Part shown: positions 38,941-49,696 of the stretch, in pieces
How the letters are laid out: the number at the start of each line of letters is the position of its first letter
Position numbering within the stretch: position 1 is the stretch's first letter
Assembly (NCBI RefSeq): GCF_902713615.1
Contig: NW_024055461.1
Span: 62,001-126,000, forward strand
Direction of reading: 5' to 3'
DNA length: 64,000 nucleotides
Source of the DNA: Scyliorhinus canicula
Lineage: Eukaryota
Notes under the pieces: generated by a model
Seen by the model: only the letters and a program-made list of their open reading frames with translations
Told to the model about the DNA's origin: nothing
Databases searched by the model: none
Program-made: the position numbers and the translations under genes

Positions 38941-39935
38941 TTCCCTTTAAATCTTCTGCCCCTTACCTTAAATCTACGCCTCCTCGTTGTTGATCTCTCT
39001 ACTAATGGAAAGGTATATTCCTATCTATATTATGCATAATTTTGAACACCTCGATTAGGTTCTCCTCAGTATTCTCTGCTCGAAGGACAATATCGCAGAC
39101 TATCCAGCCTCTCCTCATAGCTGAAACATTCCTGCCCAGAAAACCTCCTGATTAATCTCTTCTGCAGCCTCTCCGGTGTAATCTCATCCTTTCCGTAAGG
39201 TGGCGACCGGATATGCACAGAATACTCCAGCTGAAGTCTAACCAGCGTTTTAAACAGCTCCATAATAACCTCCCAGCTCTGAAATGCTGCCTCCCAGGCA
39301 GCACGGTAGCATGGTGGTTAGCATCAATGCTTCACAGCTCCAGGGTCCCAGGTTCGATTCCTGGCTTGGGTCACTGTCTGTGTGGAGTCTGCACGTCCTC
39401 CCCGTGTGTGCGTGGGTTTCCTCCGGGTGTTCCGGTTTCCTCCCACAGTCCAAAGATGTGCGGGTTAGGTGGATTGGCCATGCTAAACTGCCCTTAGTGT
39501 CCTAAAAAAATAAGGTTAATGGGGGTTGTTGGGTTACTGGTATAGGGTGTATATGTGGGCTTGGGTAGGGTGATCATTGCTCGGCACAACATCGAGGGCC
39601 GAAGGGCCTGTTCTGTGCTGTACTGTTCTTAAAAAAAAATATTCCATGCCTCAGCTAATAAAGGCAGGTATCCCGTATGTCTGCTTCACCACCTTGTCCA
39701 GTTGCCTGCGGGGATCTGTGGGCATGAACGCCAAGGTCCCTCTTGCCTCTGTATTTCTTGGCGTCCTGCCATTCATTGTGTATTTTCTTGCAATGTAGGT
39801 CCTCCCAAAATGCATCAGGGTTAAATTCCATTTGCCACTGTTCTGCCCATCTGGCCCGTCCGTCTATATCATCCTGCAATCTAAACCTTTCCTCCTCGCT
39901 ATTTAGCACACCTACGATTTTCATGTTGTCTGCGA
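38941..39935 (-). mobile_element. CR1 RT 3' fragment split by a SINE
   Basis: LFKTLVRLQLEYSVHIRSP and RWAEQWQMEFNPD on minus strand on either side of the SINE. Confidence 0.75.
39297..39638 (+). mobile_element. tRNA-derived SINE (HE1-like)
   Basis: Full head, body, CR1 tail and A-run. Confidence 0.9.
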
Positions 39936-40201
39936 ACGACGGTTGAGGATAGCTCAGGAGATTGGAAAGCCAGAAGGGTCTGGATTCCTGTTCCAGCGCT
40001 GGGGTGGTTGCGACCTGTCTCCCAGTGACGTTGCAATGGATTGGACGTGCCTTCCGAAAGATGGCGCCAGAGAAAGAAATAGTGAGAATCCAGATTTGGA
40101 TAGTCAGTTCTCATTCCTGACATTGATGTTTTGACATACAAACCAATAAACCTTAAATCCATTCAGTAACCCCCATTCTGAACCGGATTGAACAGAATCC
40201 T

Positions 40202-40282
40202 CCAGCAGATGGCGCAAAGCCCCAAGCATTATAGTTCGAAAGTCACATGAGACCAAAGCCAGACGTATACTCAGTGATGTCA
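40202..40282 (+). promoter_or_regulatory. CTCF-consensus motif and CRE-like decamer upstream of a V leader
   Basis: CCAGCAGATGGCGC 40202-40215; AGTGATGTCA 40273-40282. Confidence 0.6.
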
Positions 40283-40404
40283 CAGTGGGCCTGGCTCCCT
40301 TTCTGTGTCTGGGTGGGACATTGAGTTGAACAGAGCTCGGGTTCCCTCTCTCCTCTCAATCTCTAATTCATTCCATTCCCAATCACTGAGAGATCCAGAC
40401 AGAC

Positions 40405-40855
40405 ATGTTTCTAGTAATACTGGCGGGGCTCTTGCACATTAAGTACTGGATTATGCGCATCAAGACAGTTTAACAGATTGATGGGAATTTAAACAGACCC
40501 ATACAGTTAGATAGAGGTTAATACTTCGATCCTGTTTAACCTTTTGCTCTTGAGATTCTCTACTTTCACAGGCGGACTACTTGCAGATCCAGTTTCCGGT
40601 GACGGTAGCTGTGTTTGAACGGTTGGAAAAGTTATACAACCCAGGTAATAAGAAACATCCACTGATATGAACGGAAACGCGCACAGTGTCCAAACTGGAT
40701 TATTAATGAAGTAGTAAGACTATAAAAACTGTAAAAAGATGGAATCTGAAGACAATGTCTACCTGTTGCTCATAATATAAGCGGTCTAAGTGTGATGGTC
40801 TTTTCCTGTGCAGTGAAACACAGCATCAGATAAAAACCAAGAACCCGCAAAAAAC
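40405..40855 (+). pseudogene. Decayed TCR V segment (leader + V + RSS)
   Basis: Leader MFLVILAGLLH with donor GT changed to TT; acceptor at 40571; ...FSCAVK, CACAGCA 40819-25, A-rich nonamer about 21-22 bp later; frameshifts and stops. Confidence 0.75.
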
Positions 40856-41450
40856 TCCGCTGCGAGTATTTGTGTAGTCTTCTTTAGCTCCTTGATCAGC
40901 CAGGTTAATCCCATCCCAGGCCCACGGGGAACAAACATTGGCAGGTTTCTTAATCAAACATTTGCACTGTTGTCTTTATCCTTGTTCAAATCAACCGATG
41001 TGAGAAATATTGTGACGTAGCTCAATGTCTCAGCCGATACCTCCTCAGTAAATATCTCGCAGTTATCCCGTCATATTGACCTGCCTACATAGGCAGGGAA
41101 AGCTCTTGGATATGGAGTGATTATAACTGAACTGTCTTTCCAGAGCCTTCAACTCGGACGGATCCTGGGAGACTCATTGTGCATCATTCATCTCTGTAAC
41201 AAAACGTGGAATGTGTCTCAGTCTGGAATTTGATTTATCACAAGAAATAGACAACAGCTTCTGAATATTGACTCGCCGAACGGCACAATGATTATTATCT
41301 TTAAGCACCATGGAACAGAAGCTCTCTGTTTGTGACTTCTACAGAAATAAAATGAATTCTGGCCCTTCTTTTCTGATATGAAAGAGCAAACCCAAATCAT
41401 GAACTGGCCTCTCGGATAACTGCGCAGGCTACTTTCAGATTCACCCGGCA

Positions 41451-41489
41451 TGTTTTTGTACGGCGCTGAATTGTCTTCAGTTCACTGTG
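41451..41489 (-). other. 23-RSS of the intact V
   Basis: CACAGTG, 23-bp spacer, ACAAAAACA. Confidence 0.93.
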
Positions 41490-41761
41490 CCTCACTGCAC
41501 AGAGATAGGTGGCGGTTTCTGTCACTCGAGTGTCACTAACATTCAGAACGCTGTGCTTGTCTGCTGAAATAAACCGAGCTGTGATCCTGTCCTGATCTCT
41601 GCTACCGCTCGCCAGATGCTGCATGGTTCCATCTGGGTATTGTCTGTACCATTGTAGGATCCGTCCTGTTACTGTGGTGGAACAGGCCAAGGATGCAACG
41701 TCTCCCTCGGTAACCACCATTGACTCAGGAGACTGTGATACATCGTCACTGCCAGCAGCAT
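41490..41761 (-). CDS. Intact TCR alpha/delta-like V exon
   Basis: Acceptor TTTCTCAG; AAGSDDVSQSPESMVVTEGDVASLAC...LQWYRQYP...TATYLCAVR; both Cys and Trp kept; no stops. Confidence 0.9.
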
Positions 41762-41947
41762 CTGAGAAATATGCAGATGTAAAATAATATGATTAATTTA
41801 ATATCACACAGAGCAGTAGAATACACTACAGCACAATCAATTACAAAATGGCACAACAAGATCGACAATAAAGCAAACTATATGTTACTACAACATGACA
41901 TATCTGATGTGTGACATATTCCTGCCAGATATAGTGATCACACTCAC

Positions 41948-42005
41948 ACGGAGAGAAGAGCAAGAAATTCAGGGAGATAATCACTAAAGTGAAGCTCAGC
42001 TTCAT
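41948..42005 (-). CDS. Intact TCR V leader exon (MKLSFTLVIISLNFLLFSP)
   Basis: ATG, 19 mostly hydrophobic codons + 1 nt, donor GTGAGT, phase matches V exon. Confidence 0.85.
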
Positions 42006-42233
42006 GTTGGATCCTATCGATCTGTGTTAAGTAGCTCTCGGTAGTTTTCAGGACGAGAGACAATGCTGCGAAGGAAGCGCTGTTGAATATCAAACTGAGT
42101 CTAACACCAATTGCACCGTGCCCGCCCGAGCCGGGTCTCTGGGGCTTGTGATCACAAAGTGAAGCTGTGAAGGAGCTTCAGCATTGGTGGAGTGTGGGTA
42201 GGAGAATGCGCACGCGGCAGACCAGCGTCACTG

Positions 42234-42308
42234 TGACGTCAGAATGAGGACACGTGTGACGTTACCCTGCATATTTAGTGACGTAGGTCTGTAAACTGAG
42301 TGACGTCA
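42234..42308. promoter_or_regulatory. CRE cluster upstream of the intact V
   Basis: TGACGTCA at 42234-41 and 42301-08, plus TGACGTTA and TGACGTAG between, 230-300 bp upstream of the ATG. Confidence 0.6.
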
Positions 42309-43369
42309 GTGGGACTGGTTGAAGGGGCAGAAACATCTTTGCCGGAGCTGATCTGAACATCCAGCCCTGAGTTTCAGAGAATTAACAGCTGATCAGAAAC
42401 AGAAAGGACGGGTTAACCTGGAGACTGGTTTGATGATGGATCTGGCGGTCGGATCGGATTCTCCAGTGTATTTTTACTGCCGTTGTTGGAAACAGGTGGC
42501 TAACAGTTTGATTCGAGGTTAAGGTGGCTTCCTCCCGGTCTGGGTTTGAGCGGCTGACATCGCCACTGGTCGATGTGGCTGAATCTGCTCGAGTTTCTGT
42601 CGAAACGTCAACAGACTGGTGCTCGAAGACACAGTTCAAAGTAAGGGAGTGGGACTCTTGTTCATGGTATACTCAGTCTGTGAGTCCCACTTCTGATCAA
42701 CTCTTCAGAGCCACTTTCTCCACCCAGAGATAGAGAGAGTTTAGCTCCCTGAGTGGTGCTGTTGCTGTTTTGTTATTTTAGCCTCACTGCTCGCCTGCTG
42801 ACATGAGTAACGCAGCAGAGGTGAAATCCTAGAACTCCTTCCCTGACAGCACATAGACTGCAGCGGTTCAAGAAGGCAGTATCAAAGGTTAAACTAAAAA
42901 CAGCAACTTCTTCTGTCATAACATCTGAGGACAGTAGCCGAGAAACAGAATTTCCGTCACTCAGATCAGAAATACATGTTCAAACAGGAAATAATCACGT
43001 GTTTACATTTCCGATTGAAACCATGATTTCAAATGCGATGAAATGTGTTTGTTCCACAATTACCTCCCGAAAAGCCCGCCTGCACCAGCCCCAAACAATC
43101 CAGACACTGGCTGACCGCTGTCGATCTGTAAAAATTGAAATTCGAAGCATCAACTTCTATTCCGCGCCATTAAGAATCGGCTGTCTTTCGCAGGTTTTTC
43201 TTACTTCACTTTCTTGCGTCTCCAAAGGTGATTTAACACCTGTAGGTGGCGAACTGTCTGTCAGTGAATGGGAACAATCCGAGCTGGGATACAGTCAGTG
43301 CCTTCGAAGAAGAATCGCTGCATAGATCCAGACGGGAGTCGGAATGGGTTTGCTGGACTGGTTATTGTA

Positions 43370-43673
43370 GGACGGAAACACAGTTGTATCAGAAAACATT
43401 AAATAGACACTGGAAAGGAGAAAAACCATTAGGGGGACTCTGTTCTTGGGGTTTGCTATAAACTGTGAAATCACTTCCTTGTGAAATTTGCTCCTTTCCT
43501 ACAAACTGTCTGTCAACCAATAAAATTCCTCGGAGGTCTTCCGGGATACTGATTGTACCAGAACAGAGTATCAAAAACAGCTGTCGAGTATCTACAGCCT
43601 AGGTTAATGCTCTGTCCTTTCAGAACCGTTATCTCAGATCGATCCTGGGGCACTGATTCTTCACCATTTGTTC
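43370..43673 (-). pseudogene. TCR V pseudogene (3' end approximate)
   Basis: Acceptor TTTTCAG; GTNGEESVPQDRSEITVLKGQSINLGCRYS...LFWYNQYPGRPP then frameshift and decay; paralog of 49737-50041. Confidence 0.78.
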
Positions 43674-43726
43674 CTGAAAAAAAACACAAAACGTATTCAA
43701 TATCTGGGAGTGAAGATCGTACACGG

Positions 43727-44045
43727 AGCAGCAGGGTATCATTATGGTTAGCACAATTGCTTCACAGCTTCAGGCTCCCAGGTTCAATTCCCGACTTGGA
43801 CCACTGTCTGTGCGGAGTCTGCACATTCTCCCCGTGTTTGTCTGGGTTTCCTCATGGTGCTCCGGTTTCCTCCCACAGTCCAAAGATGTGCAGGTGGATT
43901 GGCCATGCTAAATTGCCCCTAGTGTTGGGTGGGGTTACTGGGTTGTGGGGACAGGTTGGAGTTGTGGACCTTGGGTAGGGTGCTCTTTCCAAGAGCCAGT
44001 GCAGACTCGATAGGCCGAATGGCCTCCTTCTGCACTGTAACTTCT
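43727..44045 (+). mobile_element. Older SINE copy in the V intron position
   Basis: Diverged HE1-like head, body and tail. Confidence 0.8.
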
Positions 44046-44399
44046 GTGAAATCTATGAAAATAATCCCGTCATGTGGACCCTGTGACCCGGCTTTGATCA
44101 AAGGGATCTAGAAGAGCGGAACGGAGATGGAGAAATAATTCAGACAGCAATGTAAAGATCATAAAAAGACTAAATGTGAGCTAACGAACCGGAAATTAAG
44201 TTGTGAAATTCATTTTAGTAGAAATGCAAGTTATAAACTAATGAATATTATTATTCAGTTTCTGCTCGCTTGTTCTCAGTGAGTGTTGTGTTTGTTTTTG
44301 ATGGTTTGGTAATGACACTGTGACGACCACAGGCTGAGTAATTGTGCCTGTCTATCAATGTGAGAGCGCCCTCTGCCGAGAAATTACTGGAATTCCAGT

Positions 44400-45530
44400 A
44401 GAGGGCAGCAGAGCAGAGCTACTGATCAGCTGTTCTGGGGAAATTTGCATACGTGCAGTGCGGTCAGCCTAAGTTGAAGGTGAACCTGCGAAGAAGACCC
44501 AAGGAGTTTGAGTAAAGGCAAGCAACCAGCAGAGGGCAGCAGAGCAGAGCTACTGATCAGCTGTTCTGGGGAAATTTGCATACGTGCAGTGCGGTCAGCC
44601 TAAGTTGAAGGTGAACCTGCGAAGAAGACCCAAGGAGTTTGAGTAAAGGCAAGCAACCAGCAGAGGGCAGCAGAGCAGAGCTACTGATCAGCTGTTCTGG
44701 GGAAATTTGCATACGTGCAGTGCGGTCAGCCTAAGTTGAAGGTGAACCTGCGAAGAAGACCCAAGGAGTTTGAGTAAAGGCAAGCAACCAGCAGAGGGCA
44801 GCAGAGCAGAGCTACTGATCAGCTGTTCTGGGGAAATTTGCATACGTGCAGTGCGGTCAGCCTAAGTTGAAGGTGAACCTGCGAAGAAGACCCAAGGAGT
44901 TTGAGTAAAGGCAAGCAACCAGCAGAGGGCAGCAGAGCAGAGCTACTGATCAGCTGTTCTGGGGAAATTTGCATACGTGCAGTGCGGTCAGCCTAAGTTG
45001 AAGGTGAACCTGCGAAGAAGACCCAAGGAGTTTGAGTAAAGGCAAGCAACCAGCAGAGGGCAGCAGAGCAGAGCTACTGATCAGCTGTTCTGGGGAAATT
45101 TGCATACGTGCAGTGCGGTCAGCCTAAGTTGAAGGTGAACCTGCGAAGAAGACCCAAGGAGTTTGAGTAAAGGCAAGCAACCAGCAGAGGGCAGCAGAGC
45201 AGAGCTACTGATCAGCTGTTCTGGGGAAATTTGCATACGTGCAGTGCGGTCAGCCTAAGTTGAAGGTGAACCTGCGAAGAAGACCCAAGGAGTTTGAGTA
45301 AAGGCAAGCAACCAGCAGAGGGCAGCAGAGCAGAGCTACTGATCAGCTGTTCTGGGGAAATTTGCATACGTGCAGTGCGGTCAGCCTAAGTTGAAGGTGA
45401 ACCTGCGAAGAAGACCCAAGGAGTTTGAGTAAAGGCAAGCAACCAGCAGAGGGCAGCAGAGCAGAGCTACTGATCAGCTGTTCTGGGGAAATTTGCATAC
45501 GTGCAGTGCGGTCAGCCTAAGTTGAAGGTG
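44400..45530 (+). repeat. 131-bp tandem monomers, 8 full + 83 bp, apparently identical
   Basis: GAGGGCAGC at 44401, 44532, 44663, 44794, 44925, 45056, 45187, 45318, 45449. Confidence 0.97.
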
Positions 45531-45780
45531 GTTTGTGGAGGGGCTGTTGGCAAGTGACAGTTAAACCCGAAACACTTTGTGAGTGTTTCCCACCCTACCT
45601 CCTCCTCTAACCAACCCCCCCACCCCACGGTGGTTGGGAAGCGGGAGCAGGGGCCTGTCGTGAAGGTGAGTGAGTGCCTTTAAATTTGCTTACCTTTCAG
45701 CGGGATCAGCGTTTGAGGTAATATCAGGTAAGCTCTTCCTTTCTTTTTCTTTTTCTTGTTTTTTTTTTAATCTAGAGGGG

Positions 45781-46701
45781 ATGTCAGGGAAGGCAGTACA
45801 ATGCTCCTCCTGCAGAATGTTTGAGGTGAGGGACGCCGTCAGTGTCCCTGCTGATTTCATCTGTGGGAAGTGCACCCAACTCCAGCTCCTCAAAAACCGT
45901 GTTAGGGACCTGGAGCTTGAGCTGGATGAACTTCGGATCATTCGGGAGGCAGAGGGGGTCATAGATAGGAGCTTCAGGGAAGTAGTTACACCAAAGATTG
46001 GAGATAGATGGGTAACTGTAAGAGGGACTGGGAAGAAGCAGTCAGTGCAGGGACCCCCTGCGGTCGTTCCCCTGAGTAACAAGTATACCGTTTTGGATAC
46101 TTGTGGGGGGGACGACTTACCAGGGGTAAGCCATGGGGTACGGGCCTCTGGCACGGAGTCTGTCCCTGTTGCTCAGAAGGGAAGGGGGGAAAGGAGTAGA
46201 ACATTAGTAATTGGGGACTCAATAGTCAGGGGCACAGATAGGAGATTTTGTGGGAGCGAGAGAGACTCACGTTTGGTATGTTGCCTCCCAGGTGCAAGGG
46301 TACGTGATGTCTCGGATCGTGTTTTCCGGGTCCTTAAGGGGGAGGGGGAGCAGCCCCAAGTCGTAGTCCACATTGGCACTAACGACATAGGTAGGAAAGG
46401 GGACAAGGATGTCAGGCAGGCCTTTAGGGAGCTAGGATGGAAGCTCAGAGCGAGAACAAACAGAGTTGTTATCTCTGGGTTGTTGCCCGTGCCACGTGAT
46501 AGTGAGATGAGGAATAGGGAGAGAGAGCAATTAAACACGTGGCTGCAGGGATGGTGCAGGCGGGAGGGATTCAGATTTCTGGATAACTGGGGCTCTTTCT
46601 GGGGAAGGTGGGACCTCTATAGACAGGATGGTCTACATCTGAACCTGAGGGGCACCAATATCCTGGGGGGAGATTTGTTAGTACTCTTTGGGGGGGTTTA
46701 A
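45781..46701 (+). CDS. CR1 ORF1 (zinc-finger-like + esterase-like)
   Basis: ATG at 45781; CSSC...CGKC, GDSIVRG, HIGTNDIG; last residues differ from the 34135 copy (probable terminal frameshift). Confidence 0.85.
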   Translation: MSGKAVQCSSCRMFEVRDAVSVPADFICGKCTQLQLLKNRVRDLELELDELRIIREAEGVIDRSFREVVTPKIGDRWVTVRGTGKKQSVQGPPAVVPLSNKYTVLDTCGGDDLPGVSHGVRASGTESVPVAQKGRGERSRTLVIGDSIVRGTDRRFCGSERDSRLVCCLPGARVRDVSDRVFRVLKGEGEQPQVVVHIGTNDIGRKGDKDVRQAFRELGWKLRARTNRVVISGLLPVPRDSEMRNREREQLNTWLQGWCRREGFRFLDNWGSFWGRWDLYRQDGLHLNLRGTNILGGDLLVLFGGV

Positions 46702-49591
46702 ACTAATTCAGCAGGGGCATGGGAACCTGGATTGTAGTTTTGGGGTGCGAGAGATTGAGAGTAGAGAGGTCAGGAGCACAGTTTTGACTTCGCAGGAGGG
46801 CGGCAGTGTTCAGGTCTGTGGTTTGAAGTGTGTCTATTTCAATGCCAGGAGTATACGAAATAAGGTAGGGGAACTGGCAGCATGGGTTGGTACCTGGGAC
46901 TTCGATGTTGTGGCCATTTCAGAGACATGGATAGAGCAGGGACAGGAATGGTTGTTGCAGGTTCCGGGGTTTAGGTGCTTTAGTAAGGTCAGAGAAGGGG
47001 GCAAAAGAGGGGGAGGTGTGGCGCTGCTAGTCAAGGACAGTATTACGGTGGTAGAAAGGATGCAAGATGGGGACTCTTCTTCCGAGGTAGTATGGGCTGA
47101 GGTTAGAAACAGGAAAGGAGAGGTCACCCTGTTGGGAGTTTTTTATAGGCCACCTAATAGTTCTAGAGATGTAGAGGAAAGGATGGCGAAGATGATTCTG
47201 GAAAAGAGCGAAAGTAACAGGGTAGTTGTTATGGGAGACTTTAACTTTCCTAATATTGACTGGAAAAGATATAGTTCGAGTACATTGGATGGGTCGTTCT
47301 TTGTACAATGTGTGCAGGAGGGTTTTCTGACACAATATGTTGACAGGCCAACAAGAGGTGAGGCCACTTTGGATTTGGTTTTGGGTAATGAACCAGGCCA
47401 GGTGTTAGATCTGGAGGTAGGTGAACACTTTGGAGACAGTGACCACAATTCGGTGACCTTTACGTTAGTGATGGAAAGGGATAAGTATACCCCGCAGAGC
47501 AAGAGTTATAGCTGGGGGAAGGGCAATTATGATGCCATTAGACATGACTTAGGATGTGTTGGTTGGAGAAGTAGGCTGCAAGGGTTGGGCACACTGGATA
47601 TGTGGAGCTTGTTCAAGGAACAGCTATTGCATGTTCTTGATAAGTACGTACCAGTCAGGCAGGGAGGAAGGGGTCGAGCGAGGGAACCGTGGTTTACCAA
47701 AGAAGTGGAATCTCTTGTTAAGAGGAAGAAGGAGGCCTATGTGAAGATGAGGCGTGAAGTTTCAGTTGGGGCGCTTGATAGTTACAAGGAAGCGAGGAAG
47801 GATCTAAAGAGAGAGCTGAGACGAGCAAGGAGGGGACATGAGAAGTCTTTGGCAGGTAGGATCAAGGAAAACCCAAAAGCTTTCTATAGGTATGTCAGGA
47901 ATAAAAGAATGACTAGGGTAAGAGTAGGGCCAGTCAAGGACAGTGGTGGGAAGTTGTGTGTGGAGGCTGAGGAGATAAGCGAGATACTAAATGAATACTT
48001 TTCGTCAGTATTCACTCAAGAAAAAGATAATATTGAGGAGGAGAATGCTGAGACCCAGGCTATTAGAATAGATGGCATTGAGGTGCGTAGGGAAGAAGTG
48101 TTGGCAATTCTGGACAAGGTGAAAATAGACAAGTCCCCGGGGTCGGATGGGATTTATCCTAGGATTCTCTGGGAAGCCAGGGAAGAGATTGCTGAGCCTT
48201 TGGCTTTGATTTTTAGGTCATCATTGGCTACAGGAATAGTGCCAGAGGACTGGAGGATAGCAAATGTGGTCCCTTTGTTCAAGAAGGGGAGTAGAGATAA
48301 CCCCGGTAACTATAGGCCGGTGAGCCTAACGTCTGTGGTGGGTAAAGTCTTGGAGAGGATTATAAAAGATACGATTTATAATCATCTAGATAGGAATAAT
48401 ATGATTAGGGATAGTCAGCATGGTTTTGTGAAGGGTAGGTCATGCCTCACAAACCTTATCGAGTTCTTTGAGAAGGTGACTGAACAGGTAGACGAGGGTA
48501 GAGCAGTTGATGTGGTGTATATGGATTTCAGTAAAGCGTTTGATAAGGTTCCCCACGGTCGGCTATTGCAGAAAATACGGAGGCTGGGGATTGAGGGTGA
48601 TTTAGAGATGTGGATCAGAAATTGACTAGTTAAAAGAAGACAGAGAGTGGTAGTTGATGGGAAATGTTCAGAATGGAGTTCAGTTACGAGTGGCGTACCA
48701 CAAGGATCTGTTCTGGGGCCGTTGCTGTTTGTCATTTTTATAAATGACCTAGAGGAGGGCGCAGAAGGATGGGTGAGTAAATTTGCAGACGACACTAAAG
48801 TCGGTGGAGTTGTAGACAGTGCGGAAGGATGTTGCAGTTTACAGAGGGACATAGATAAGCTGCAGAGCTGGGCTGAGAGGTGGCAAATGGAGTTTAATGT
48901 GGAGAAGTGTGAGGTGATTCACTTTGGAAAGAATAACAGGAATGCGGAATATTTGGCTAATGGTAAAATTCTTGGTAGTGTGGATGAGCAGAGGGATCTC
49001 GGTGTCCATGTACATAGATCCCTGAAAGTTGCCACCCAGGTTGATAGGGTTGTGAAGAAGGCCTATGGTGTGTTGGCCTTTATTGGTAGAGGGATTGAGT
49101 TCCGGAGCCATGAGGTCATGATGCAGCTGTACCAAACTCTGGTACGGCCGCATTTGGAGTATTGCGTACAGTTCTGGTCGCCTCATTATAGGAAGGACGT
49201 GGAAGCTTTGGAACGGGTGCAGAGGAGATTTACCAGGATGTTGCCTGGTATGGAGGGAAAATCTTATGAGGAAAGGCTGATGGACTTGAGGTTGTTTTCG
49301 TTAGAGAGAAGAAGGTTAAGAGGTGACTTAATAGAGGCATACAAAATGATCAGAGGGTTAGATAGGGTGGACAGCGAGAGCCTTCTCCCGCGGATGGAGG
49401 TGGCTAGCACGAGGGGACATAGCCTTAAATTGAGGGGTAATAGATATAGGACAGAGGTCAGAGGTGGGTTTTTTACGCAAAGAGTGGTGAGGCCGTGGAA
49501 TGCCCTACCTGCAACAGTAGTGAACTCGCCAACATTGAGGGCATTTAAAAATTTATTGGATAAGCATATGGATGATAAGGGCATAGTGTAG
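46688..49591 (+). pseudogene. CR1 ORF2 (APE-RT) with a single premature stop
   Basis: 46688-48625 and 48647-49591 are the same frame; TGA at 48623-25 where the paralogous CR1 has Trp (NW); KFADD intact. Confidence 0.92.
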
Positions 49592-49696
49592 GTTAGATGG
49601 CCTTTAGTTTTTTTTTCCATGTCGGTGCAACATCGAGGGCCGAAGGGCCTGTACTGCGCTGTATCGTTCTATGTTCTATGTTCTATGTCCAGTGTG

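Larger units (their letters stand above)
44400..49687 (+). mobile_element. Young full-length CR1 with tandem 5' monomers
   Basis: TSD TCCAGT (44394-99, 49688-93); monomer array, ORF1, ORF2, (TTCTATG)n tail. Confidence 0.95.

Noticed and set aside
37510-39039. Single 509-aa protein
   Set aside because: Frame runs by chance across a Penelope insert, Rex1 RT and an antisense CR1 tail
39943-40134. 63-aa ORF upstream of a V promoter
   Set aside because: No recognisable motif, GTTG-type start, no supporting splice structure
43239-43252. CTCF site CCTGTAGGTGGCGA
   Set aside because: Two mismatches to consensus and no positional parallel at paralogous V segments; left uncalled
44295-44345. J segment after CACTGTG at 44316
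   Set aside because: No nonamer at 12-bp spacing and no FGXG motif downstream
44400-45530. CRISPR-like array
   Set aside because: Head-to-tail identical monomers with no unique spacers, contiguous with a CR1 in a eukaryotic context
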